Assembly (NCBI GenBank): GCA_040219255.1
Contig: JAVJSW010000056.1
Coordinates: forward strand, 32,001-96,000
Length of the DNA: 64,000 nt
Direction of reading: 5' to 3'
Origin: Sumerlaeia bacterium
GTDB lineage: Bacteria; Sumerlaeota; Sumerlaeia; SLMS01; JAHLLQ01
Of this stretch, positions 1-8,399 are shown in pieces. The first letter of the stretch is position 1. Every line of letters starts with the position of its first letter. The notes under the pieces were generated by a model. That model was not told the origin of the DNA. It did not search any database and saw nothing but the letters and a program-made list of their open reading frames with translations. Both the position numbers and the translations under genes were made by a program.

Positions 1-91
1 CCGCGTCCTGGGCGAAGGCGGGTTGCGCCACAACGGCGCAGGCGAAAAGGGCGGGCGCCGCGGCGGCGGCGAGAAGGGAACGTCGAATCAT
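1..91 (-). CDS. Secreted protein, 5' end only (runs off the window)
   Basis: ATG at 91 with AGGAG upstream; translates as MIRRSLLAAAAAPALFACAVVAQPAFAQDA, a typical Sec signal peptide with an AFA|Q cleavage site. Confidence 0.7.
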   Translation of the reverse strand, partial: MIRRSLLAAAAAPALFACAVVAQPAFAQDA

Positions 92-177
92 AGGGGGTGA
101 CTCCTGTATTCTAAAGTCAGTGAGGGTGATGTCTCGTTTGGGATCGGATGAGTTGGAGCAAAGGTCGAGCCGTAGCG

Positions 178-897
178 TCAGCCCCGAACCAACAGAGCCC
201 AAAGCGCCCCCGCCAGCACACCGCCAGCGAGACCCCCCACCACCGGAATCCAGGCGTAACTCCAATCGCTGTCGCGTTTGCCGCCGGGCAGGGGTAGCAG
301 CGCGTGCATGACGCGGGGGCCCAGATCGCGCGCCGGGTTGATCGCGTATCCCGTGGTGCCGCCGAGCGCCACGCCGATCACCAGCACCGTCAGGCCCACC
401 GGCAGCGCGTCCAGCGCCCCCAGCCCATCGGACGGATTGTCGACCATGTTGAACACCGCGAAGACCAGCACGAAGGTGCCGAGGATCTCGGATACGAGAT
501 TGTGCCTCGGACACCGGATCGCCGGGCTGGTGCAGAAAGTCGCCAGCTTCAGGTTGGTGTCTTCCGTGGGCCCGTAGTGTTGCCAGTAAAAGATCGAGGC
601 CAGCGTGGTGCCAAAGGCCGCGCCCAGGAACTGGAAGGCCATGTAGGGCAGCACCTGAGCCCAATCGAAATGGCCGCCGAAGGCCAGCCCCACCGTGACC
701 GCCGGGTTCAGGTGGGCGCCGCTGAAGCGCCCGACGCAGAAGACCGCCAGAAACACCGCCAGACCCCAGCCGACGTTGATGCCGAGGAAGCCCACGCCGT
801 GGCCCTTGGTCTTGCTCAGGAGCATGTTGCAGTTCGTGCCGTTGCCGACAAACAGGAGGATCGCGGTGCCGATGAACTCGGCCAGGTACGGGGTCAT
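178..897 (-). CDS. glpF: MIP family aquaglyceroporin / glycerol facilitator
   Basis: AEFIGT start, SGAHLNPAVT and GYAINPARDLGPR NPA motifs (NPARD is the glycerol-type signature), YAWIPVVG. Start placed at MTPYLAE. Confidence 0.92.
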   Translation of the reverse strand: MTPYLAEFIGTAILLFVGNGTNCNMLLSKTKGHGVGFLGINVGWGLAVFLAVFCVGRFSGAHLNPAVTVGLAFGGHFDWAQVLPYMAFQFLGAAFGTTLASIFYWQHYGPTEDTNLKLATFCTSPAIRCPRHNLVSEILGTFVLVFAVFNMVDNPSDGLGALDALPVGLTVLVIGVALGGTTGYAINPARDLGPRVMHALLPLPGGKRDSDWSYAWIPVVGGLAGGVLAGALWALLVRG

Positions 898-1122
898 AGC
901 GGGTCGGTTCTCGATCGAAGCAATGGGGAGCGACAAAGTCGGAATTCCATCGGCGAGCGAACCAGCAGGCCATGAGGCGTGCAAAGCGGGAAAGTGTGGA
1001 CCTGGGTATTCTTTCAGCGCTTTCGTTTCGCAAACCATTCCAGGCAAAAGGAAATCATTGATCCCGAAAGTCAGGCCGGGCATGCCTTTTCAATCTATGG
1101 CAAGCCCCCAGGAGTTGCCCCC

Positions 1123-2502
1123 ATGCCCGTTTCACTTTCCGCCGCCGCTCGCGCGGCGATGCTCGGTCTCTGCACGATGACCGCTGTGCCCGCCGTCTCC
1201 GCGCCGCTGCCGGAAGAACGCATCGCCGACGACCCGGAATTGACCCGCATGGTGGAGGAAACGCGCGCCGAATTTCTCGCCCGGCGCCCCTTCGACCGGC
1301 TCAATGCCACGGTTCTCATTCCCTCTCCCGAGGGCGGCGGCACCTGGCTGCGGGGTTCCTACGGAGCGGACGAACTTCAGTACCCCGCCAGTTGCGTCAA
1401 GCTCCCGTTCCTGGCCGCCGCCATGCACTGGAGCCGCGAAAACGGCCTGCCCTACGATCACCTCGACGAGCACCTGCGCCCCATGATCGAGGTGTCGGAC
1501 AATGTAGCCACCGGCCACGTGATGGACGCGATTTCCGGCACCACCAATTTCCAGGAGGGCGAAACCGGCGCACCGCCCTATGGCGAATGGCTCGAAATGC
1601 GCCGCTACGCCGAGCGCGCCCTGGCTTCTCGCGGCTTGCTGGGCAATCAGTCGATGGTCACCAAGACCTACCCGACCAACACCGGCGACACGCCCAATGG
1701 CTACGAGGGCAGGGCGCGCGAGGAACTGGGCGCGAACATGCTGCAGGCGGGGCTGTCGGCGTCGTTGATGCTCGACATCGTCACTGGCGGCTGGGAGCAG
1801 GAAGCGACCGAGTACATGGGCTCGCTGCTGGAGCACCCGCGCTACTCGCCGCACAGCGCCTTCGGCCCCGCCATTCCGCCCGGCTCCGTGTACCTGAACA
1901 AGTACGGCGTGGCCTACGACACGCTCGAGGAAATCGCCTACGTCAAATTCCCCAACGGCCGCGAAGCCATCCTGTCGGTCTTCACCAACGGCCGCGATCG
2001 CACGGAAGACGAAGACTATTACGTCACCATGCTGTCGGCCTACGCCGAGCTGGTTTTCGAGCGCCTGGGCATGTACGAGGGCACCGGGCGGATCGTGCTG
2101 GACAACGAGGACGAACAGTTCTCGGCCAGCGGCCCGTTCTCACAGCGCGAGAACAAGGGCGACGGCTACGGCCCCTCCTTCCTCACCGCGCCGGCCAACA
2201 CGGAAGCCTCCGCGGTGGCCCTCTTCGAAGTGCCCGCACCCGGGAAATACGAAGTCTGCGTGTGGTGGAGCGATGGCCCCGACCGCTCCGATGACGCCCG
2301 GTTCACCATCCACCACGACCGCGGCCCGGCGATTTTACCGGTCGATCAGCAGAAGCGGGGCGGAGTCTGGGTCCGGTTGGGCGAATACTCCTTCACCGAA
2401 GGCGGCATGGTCTCAATCGCCCCCGGCGCAAGTTCGCCGGCCGCACTGACCGTCGCCGACGCCATCCGGCTCTTTCCCGCAGCGGAGCCCGACGGGGACT
2501 AG
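1123..2502 (+). CDS. Secreted serine hydrolase (class A beta-lactamase-like fold) with C-terminal Golvesin/Xly CBD-like domain
   Basis: Signal peptide; YPASCVK (SxxK), VSDN (SDN), NKYG (KTG-like); C-terminal GKYEVCVWW...VDQQ..GG.WV.LGEYSF...ADAIRL pattern. Confidence 0.75.
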   Translation: MPVSLSAAARAAMLGLCTMTAVPAVSAPLPEERIADDPELTRMVEETRAEFLARRPFDRLNATVLIPSPEGGGTWLRGSYGADELQYPASCVKLPFLAAAMHWSRENGLPYDHLDEHLRPMIEVSDNVATGHVMDAISGTTNFQEGETGAPPYGEWLEMRRYAERALASRGLLGNQSMVTKTYPTNTGDTPNGYEGRAREELGANMLQAGLSASLMLDIVTGGWEQEATEYMGSLLEHPRYSPHSAFGPAIPPGSVYLNKYGVAYDTLEEIAYVKFPNGREAILSVFTNGRDRTEDEDYYVTMLSAYAELVFERLGMYEGTGRIVLDNEDEQFSASGPFSQRENKGDGYGPSFLTAPANTEASAVALFEVPAPGKYEVCVWWSDGPDRSDDARFTIHHDRGPAILPVDQQKRGGVWVRLGEYSFTEGGMVSIAPGASSPAALTVADAIRLFPAAEPDGD

Positions 2503-2519
2503 GACGGACGCGCCGGCCC

Positions 2520-2891
2520 CTACTCCCCCCGCCGGTGATCCTTCAACACCGCCAGCAGCCCCGGAATGCCCGCCATAAAGGTGCTGTTGGGCAGCACCTG
2601 ATCCGCACCGGCACGGCGCGCGTCGCGGATCAGATCGGTCATCACATGGCTGCAAAACCCCACCACGCGCGCCTGCGGAGCCGCCGCCTTCGCCGCCTCG
2701 ATCACCGCGACGGCGTCCGTGCCCTCGCGGTCCAGATCGATCAGGATCAGCTCCAGCCGAGGTCCCACCTCCGCCACGCGCGCGGCGAATTGCTCGTCGG
2801 AGGCCACATGCGCGGTCTCCACCGCATAGTGGGTCGCGGCAAGATCGATGCGGCTGCGGACGAGGAGGTCGGGGGTGTAGGCGAGGAGCAT
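2520..2891 (-). CDS. Stand-alone receiver (response regulator-like) domain protein
   Basis: LILIDLD (phosphoacceptor-like Asp), VVGFCSH, ARRAGADQVL; 123 aa with no output domain. Confidence 0.75.
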   Translation of the reverse strand: MLLAYTPDLLVRSRIDLAATHYAVETAHVASDEQFAARVAEVGPRLELILIDLDREGTDAVAVIEAAKAAAPQARVVGFCSHVMTDLIRDARRAGADQVLPNSTFMAGIPGLLAVLKDHRRGE

Positions 2892-3172
2892 CAGGAGGAG
2901 GAGGCCGTACTTCTCCGCGCGTGGAATTCAGACAGGGAGCCTGTGGACGACTTGCGAAGTTCTTCCAGCTTTTTTGCCAGACGATCGGGCCAGTCCGACT
3001 GAGGGGCGCCACTGATGATCGGTTCCGCCACGGGAATTCCAGGATTGGCGAGAGCCAGAATTTCGAGCGCGAGTTCTTCCCAGAGACCGTAGGTCAGCCG
3101 GTTCTCGTCCTCAGCCCGATGAATCCGAGCGAAGAGCCGTTGAATCGCTTGCAGGCGTTGATCGAAGGTCAT
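2891..3172 (-). CDS. Small hypothetical protein (93 aa)
   Basis: Its ATG overlaps the upstream TGA (ATGA at 3169-3172) with AGGAG upstream; its stop overlaps the next start (TGATG at 2889-2893). Confidence 0.6.
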   Translation of the reverse strand: MTFDQRLQAIQRLFARIHRAEDENRLTYGLWEELALEILALANPGIPVAEPIISGAPQSDWPDRLAKKLEELRKSSTGSLSEFHARRSTASSS

Positions 3173-3735
3173 GGTTTCCAACTCCTGAGGATGCTCAAGG
3201 TGCGCTCTATCAAGATGAACCCACCGGAGTCGCCACCCCGCAGGATCTCGGGATTGATCGCATAGAGTGACAGACATTCGCAATCGTATTCGGATTCGTT
3301 GACTCGGCCGTAGATCGTCATGCAATTCGTCGAGTGGGTTTCGAATGCCCTGGAGATGATGCGGCGAAGCGGGTGGAATTGCGAGGTCAAGTGGTGCCCC
3401 AGCTCGTGGAAGAAGGCGGCGCGAATCGCCTCGCCACGGCTCTGTGCAGCCCAAGGCGCCGCAAAAAACAGTCCCGCCTGCCAATTTCGGCCATAATCCG
3501 GATTGGAGTTCAGTCGAATGGTCTTCTGGGTGCGGTCATACAGCCCGTCGATCCTTTCCCCAAACCGGTCGGCCAGATCAGCGACGATCTCCACGGATTG
3601 TACAGGATGCCGGGACAACGCGGGAATCAGCCCAAGAGCCTCACACTGAAGCGCGCAGTCGCGGAAAACCTGATCGTCGTGCGAGCCGCGACGACACACG
3701 AAATTTATCCAGGGCGATTGGCTCTCGCTGCTCAT
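3169..3735 (-). CDS. HExxH zinc metallopeptidase-like protein (zincin; ATLF/Tox-MPTase-like pattern)
   Basis: DGLY...IRLN, FFHELGHHL, downstream YGRVNESEYDCE..SLY...P..L; GGGAGA RBS; GC visibly lower than neighbours. Confidence 0.7.
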   Translation of the reverse strand: MSSESQSPWINFVCRRGSHDDQVFRDCALQCEALGLIPALSRHPVQSVEIVADLADRFGERIDGLYDRTQKTIRLNSNPDYGRNWQAGLFFAAPWAAQSRGEAIRAAFFHELGHHLTSQFHPLRRIISRAFETHSTNCMTIYGRVNESEYDCECLSLYAINPEILRGGDSGGFILIERTLSILRSWKP

Positions 3736-3883
3736 CTTTCTCCCAAGCGAAGGATTTCATGCTTTGCCACGACGTTTCATTTCCCAAGCAAGTCGCGGAA
3801 GCAACAGTTGCCTTTGACCTTGCCGGGTCTTCGTCCGAATCTCTCAAGCCCAGTCACCTGACAGAAGGCTCGCCAGTTACTTC

Positions 3884-5650
3884 GTGTCCCCCCGCCCCCC
3901 CTACACCCTCGGCCTTTCCGCCCTCTACCACGACTCCGCCGCCGCCCTCGTTGGGCCGGGGGGAGAGGTGTTGGCGGCGGCTCATGAGGAGCGCTTCACG
4001 CGCCGGCGCCACGATGCGGCGTTTCCCCGCGAGGCCATCGCCTACTGCCTCGCCGAGGCCGGCATCGGGCCCACCGATCTCTCGGCCATCGTGTTTTACG
4101 AGAAGCCGTTCACGAAATTTCTCGACCGCTTTCTGATCAATCACATCGCCGAGTGGCCGCGCAGTCTGGCGCCGTTTCTCGAGGCCGTGCCGTCGTGGAT
4201 GGGCGAGAAGTTTTGGCTGCCATATGAGCTGGCCAAGGCCGGGCTGTTCCGCGTGCCCGTGCGTTATGTGACGCATCACGAGAGCCACGCCGCCAGCGCC
4301 TTCCTGCCCAGCCCCTTCGAGCAGGCCGCCATCGTGACCTGCGACGGCGTGGGCGAATGGAGCACGACGACGGTGGGCTTTGGCGAGGGCGACGATTTCG
4401 TCCTGACGCAGGAGGTGCGCTTTCCCCACTCGCTCGGGCTGCTCTATTCCACCATGACGGCTTACCTGGGTTTTCGCGTGAACAGCGCGGAATACAAGGT
4501 GATGGGGCTGGCGCCCTATGGCGAACCGACGATGGTGGATAAGTTCCGCAAACTGTGCCATCTGCATGCCGATGGTTCGTTTCATCTGGATATGCGGTAC
4601 TTCCGGTTCCATCGCAGTCTGCGCATGCCGACGCGGGCGTTGGAGGAGCTGTTCGGCGCGCCCTGCCGCCGGGGCGAGGACGAGCCCCTGACGCAGTTCC
4701 ACAAGGACTGCGCCCGCAGCCTGCAGGAATTCACCAACGAGGCGATGCTGGGCCTGGCGCGGCGGGCGCACGCGTCGTTCCCGGGGACGAAGAATCTGGT
4801 GATGGCGGGCGGCGTGGCGCTCAATTGCGTATCGAACAGCTACATCCTCGAGCACGGCCCCTTCGACAACATCTGGGTCCAGCCCGCCGCCGGCGACGCC
4901 GGAGGGGCCGTGGGCGGGGCGTTGATGGTGGCGCGGGAAATCGACCCGGATTTCCGCCGCCACGAAATGGCCCATGTGGCTCTCGGTCCGGCTTTCGGCG
5001 ACGCGGCGATCCGCGAGGCGATGGAGGAGCAGGGCCTGCCCTATCGCGAAATGGCGAGCGACGAGGAATTGATCGAATACCTGGCGGATCGCCTCGTCGA
5101 GCAGGCCATCGTCGGTTGGTTCCAGGGCCGCATGGAATACGGCCCCCGGGCGCTCGGCAACCGGTCGATTCTGGCCGATCCGCGGGCGCCGGAAAACCGC
5201 GACCGGGTCAATCTGGCGATCAAATTCCGCGAGAGCTTCCGCCCCTTCGCCCCCGCCGTGCCCGAGGACGCCGTCGGGGATTGGTTCGATTGGCGCGGGC
5301 CATCGCGCTTCATGCTCTTCACCGCCACCACGCGTGAGCCCGAGCGCCTGCCCGCCATCGCCCATGTGGATGCGTCGGCGCGGCTGCAGACCGTGACGCG
5401 CGAGCACACGCCGCTGTACTACGACCTGCATCGCGCCTTCGAACGGCGCACCGGCGTTCCGGTCCTCATTAACACCAGCTTCAACGTGCGGGGCGAACCG
5501 ATCGTCTGCACGCCGCGCGACGCCGTGGCGACGTTCCTGGGCACGCACATCGACGTGCTGGCGATGGGGCGGTTCGTGGCGGAGAAGCGCGAGGTCCCCC
5601 GCGAGGCGCTGCGCGTCGAGGCGCACCGCACGGCGTTCAAGCCGGACTGA
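3884..5650 (+). CDS. Carbamoyltransferase, NodU/CmcH family
   Basis: LGLSALYHDSAAAL, EERFTR, HHESHAASAF, DGVGEW, EYKVMGLAPYG, GGVALNC, GRMEYGPRALGNRSILADP, KFRESFRPFAP, NTSFN. Confidence 0.95.
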   Translation: MSPRPPYTLGLSALYHDSAAALVGPGGEVLAAAHEERFTRRRHDAAFPREAIAYCLAEAGIGPTDLSAIVFYEKPFTKFLDRFLINHIAEWPRSLAPFLEAVPSWMGEKFWLPYELAKAGLFRVPVRYVTHHESHAASAFLPSPFEQAAIVTCDGVGEWSTTTVGFGEGDDFVLTQEVRFPHSLGLLYSTMTAYLGFRVNSAEYKVMGLAPYGEPTMVDKFRKLCHLHADGSFHLDMRYFRFHRSLRMPTRALEELFGAPCRRGEDEPLTQFHKDCARSLQEFTNEAMLGLARRAHASFPGTKNLVMAGGVALNCVSNSYILEHGPFDNIWVQPAAGDAGGAVGGALMVAREIDPDFRRHEMAHVALGPAFGDAAIREAMEEQGLPYREMASDEELIEYLADRLVEQAIVGWFQGRMEYGPRALGNRSILADPRAPENRDRVNLAIKFRESFRPFAPAVPEDAVGDWFDWRGPSRFMLFTATTREPERLPAIAHVDASARLQTVTREHTPLYYDLHRAFERRTGVPVLINTSFNVRGEPIVCTPRDAVATFLGTHIDVLAMGRFVAEKREVPREALRVEAHRTAFKPD

Positions 5651-5935
5651 AGCGCGTTTGCCACGCGAAGGGCGGCAAGGCGCGGAGGCGCAACGGCTTG
5701 TGGGCATGAAGGCTCCCGCCCTTGTTTGGGCCATTCTCGCCATCTTGAATCGCGGGAACGGCCCTTGGCGGACCCGCCGCGTTCTCTGGTTGGATTCCAT
5801 ACGCGCAGCCGCCCTTTCGGTGACGCATCGAGCCACCGGAAGCCGCAAGGCTGTCCTTGCTTCGCGGCCGCCGGGGGCGGAACACTGCGCCGCTGATTTC
5901 ATCAGCTCGATTCCCCCGGAGGTCCCGCCCCAATC

Positions 5936-6481
5936 ATGCCCGTCATTCCCTTTGAAGGCCGTGTTCCGCGCATTCATCCGAGCGCCTTTATCGCTCCCAC
6001 GGCGGTGATTATCGGCGACGTCGAAATCGGCGAGGGCGCCTCGATCTGGTACGGTTGCGTGCTGCGCGGCGACCTGGACCCGATTCGCGTCGGCGACCGC
6101 AGCAACGTCCAGGACAACAGCGTTCTGCACACGAGCCGCGGGGCGCCATGCATCGTGAAGAACGATGTCACCATCGGCCACATGGCGATGCTGCATGGCT
6201 GCACGATCGAGCACGGCTGCCTGATCGGCATGAGCGCCATCGTGCTGGACTACGCGGTCGTCGGGCCCGATTGTCTGGTGGGCGCGGGGTCGCTGGTGAC
6301 GAAGGGCAAGATCTTCCCGCCGCGCCAGATGATCCTGGGCTCGCCGGCGAAGGCCATCCGCGACTTGACGGAGGAAGAAATCGCCCAGGACATGGACAAC
6401 CACGCCCGCTATGTGACGAACGGCCAGCGCCACACGCGCATGCTGGAGGAATGGACCGCCAAGACGGGCTGGCGATGGTAG
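5936..6481 (+). CDS. Gamma carbonic anhydrase family protein (YrdA/PaaY-like)
   Basis: Hexapeptide repeats; LRGD, SNVQDNSVLH, IGHMAMLHGC, GSPAK. Confidence 0.92.
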   Translation: MPVIPFEGRVPRIHPSAFIAPTAVIIGDVEIGEGASIWYGCVLRGDLDPIRVGDRSNVQDNSVLHTSRGAPCIVKNDVTIGHMAMLHGCTIEHGCLIGMSAIVLDYAVVGPDCLVGAGSLVTKGKIFPPRQMILGSPAKAIRDLTEEEIAQDMDNHARYVTNGQRHTRMLEEWTAKTGWRW

Positions 6482-6556
6482 GAACGGCGCCGGGGGCGGT
6501 GGGCGCGGGGCGCGGGAACCGATTCGGACAAGGCCTGAATGTGAGGCTCGGCAATC

Positions 6557-7357
6557 ATGGCGGATAAGAAACTGGCGCTGATCACGGGGGCGTCGAGCGG
6601 CATCGGGGCCGATCTGGCCCGCGAGCACGCCCGCCGCGGCGGGGACTTGATTCTGGTGGCGCGCCGGGCCGAGAAGCTGGAGGCGCTGAAGGCCGCCCTG
6701 GAGGCGGACCATGGCGTCACGGTGCACGTGATGGCGCGGGACCTGGCGGTGGCGAACGCGGGCGAAGACCTGCACGCGGCGGTGCGCGAGGCCGGCCTGG
6801 AGGTCGATTACCTGATCAACAACGCCGGCTTCGGCGGCCACGGCGCGTTCCATGAGCGGCCGTGGACGGAGGACAAGGCGATGGTGCAGCTCAATATCGA
6901 AACGCTGACGGCGCTGACGCGGGCGTTTCTGCCGGGGATGGTCGAGCGCGGCAGGGGCAGGGTGCTGAACGTGGCGTCCACGGCGGCGTTCCTGCCGGGG
7001 CCGCTGATGGCGGTGTATTACGCCACGAAGGCCTACGTGCTCTCGCTGAGCGAGGCGCTGGCCAGCGAACTGCGGGGCACCGGGGTCACGGTCACGGCGC
7101 TCTGCCCCGGCGTCACCCGCACAGAGTTCGGGGCGCGGGCCAACGTCGGCGACTCCAAGCTCTTCCGTGGCCCCTGGGTCGCCGGGTCGGCGGCCGTCGC
7201 GGCTTTCGGGTACCGGGCGATGCTGGCCGGCCGAGTCGTCGCCGTGCACGGGTTCTGGAACAAGGTCGCGGCGCACGTGGCCCTGCCGCTCCTGCCCAAG
7301 CCGGTCGTTCGGCGGGTCTCCCTCCTTCTGACGGAGAAGGTCAAAAAACGCTCGTAG
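6557..7357 (+). CDS. Short-chain dehydrogenase/reductase
   Basis: TGASSGIG, NNAG, YYATK (YxxxK), LCPG. Confidence 0.93.
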   Translation: MADKKLALITGASSGIGADLAREHARRGGDLILVARRAEKLEALKAALEADHGVTVHVMARDLAVANAGEDLHAAVREAGLEVDYLINNAGFGGHGAFHERPWTEDKAMVQLNIETLTALTRAFLPGMVERGRGRVLNVASTAAFLPGPLMAVYYATKAYVLSLSEALASELRGTGVTVTALCPGVTRTEFGARANVGDSKLFRGPWVAGSAAVAAFGYRAMLAGRVVAVHGFWNKVAAHVALPLLPKPVVRRVSLLLTEKVKKRS

Positions 7358-7585
7358 CTTGGCGAGGCGTTGCGCTTCCCGTTCGGTGGCGTCATCCGCC
7401 GCCTGGACGCTGCTCTTATCGGGGGTGCTCTTGTCGGGGGTGCTCATGGTGCGGGTGCTCCTGTGGTTGCGAGTCAGACAGGCGGGAGCCTCGCACAGGT
7501 GCCGCCGTTTGTCCCCTCATGTGGAGCTTCGGGAGCAAGAAAGACAAAATACACTTATCAGACAACGGAGGTGGAGGCGGGGGAA

Positions 7586-7753
7586 TTCACCGCAGAGGCG
7601 CGGAGAGCGCAGAGAAGTTTGGGATGATCAGAGTTATGAGGAGAAGTCTTGAGGGGCGATCCTTTTTGCGGGTGACTCATGAAGCTATGGCTCCTTGTGC
7701 CGGGAGGGGCGGGGGGGGTGGGATCTCGGTGTGCTCGGTGGCTCTGTGGTGAT
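7586..7753. repeat. Inverted-repeat mini-element, family A
   Basis: TTCACCGCAGAGGCGCGGAGAGCGCAGAG (7586-7614) and an inverted arm at 7725-7753 whose reverse complement is ATCACCACAGAGCCACCGAGCACACCGAG. Confidence 0.6.
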
Positions 7754-7952
7754 TGGATTTCGTCCTTCGCGGCGTTTGGGAAAACCGCTTGACCGGGCGG
7801 CGGGGGTTGGCGTGCGGTTTGGCGCCTTTAGCGCTTGCGCCGAGGGCGTGGGTGCCGGTTCATGGGCCGCTGTTACGGAGCCGTGTCTCTTGGAGCGGGT
7901 TGGCCCGGAGTTTGCCACCGGTAGCCGCCTCACCGAGAGGGCGTGGCGCGTA

Positions 7953-7972
7953 CGCAAGTCCGCGGACTTGCG
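7953..7972. promoter_or_regulatory. Perfect 20-bp palindrome upstream of acpP
   Basis: CGCAAGTCCGCGGACTTGCG, ending 41 bp before the acpP ATG. Confidence 0.35.
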
Positions 7973-8013
7973 CATTTTCGTCAAGATTACTAAAGAGAGG
8001 CAGGGATTGCCCA

Positions 8014-8253
8014 ATGGCTTCTGTGGAAGAAAGCGTCAAGGAAGTGATCGTCAAGCAACTGGGAGTCAATGAGGAGGAGGTTTCTCGCGAAGCCTCGTTC
8101 ATCGACGACCTGGGTGCGGATTCGCTGGATATCGTGGAACTCGTGATGGCGTTCGAAGAGCGCTTCGAGATCGAGATTCCGGATGAGGACGCGGAGAACA
8201 TTCGCACCGTGGGTGACGCGGTGGATTATATCTCCAACAAGAAAGAGGGATAA
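8014..8253 (+). CDS. acpP: Acyl carrier protein
   Basis: [18 protein letters not shown] phosphopantetheine motif; 79 aa; directly upstream of fabF. Confidence 0.97.
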   Translation: MASVEESVKEVIVKQLGVNEEEVSREASFIDDLGADSLDIVELVMAFEERFEIEIPDEDAENIRTVGDAVDYISNKKEG

Positions 8254-8399
8254 GGCAGGCCGGGCGGAGAGCCCGGTGTGTCCGATCCGGCCGCCAGGGG
8301 ACCGAAGGCGCCAGTTGGTGTCTGTCTGTTTCCTAATGACTCAATCGTGCCAGGGCGGCCGCCGTCCTGGCCATTCCCTGGAAAGCCTGATTACGCGCT

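Noticed and set aside
5660-5935. Weak GCAAGGCGCGGAGGCGCAA similarity to family-A arms and a 116-aa ORF
   Set aside because: Too degenerate, no clear partner arm, and the ORF lacks coding features.
3854-7447. 1197-aa minus-strand ORF
   Set aside because: Codon-aligned antisense shadow of three well-supported plus-strand genes that share a frame; Arg/His-rich with no motifs, as expected in high-GC DNA.
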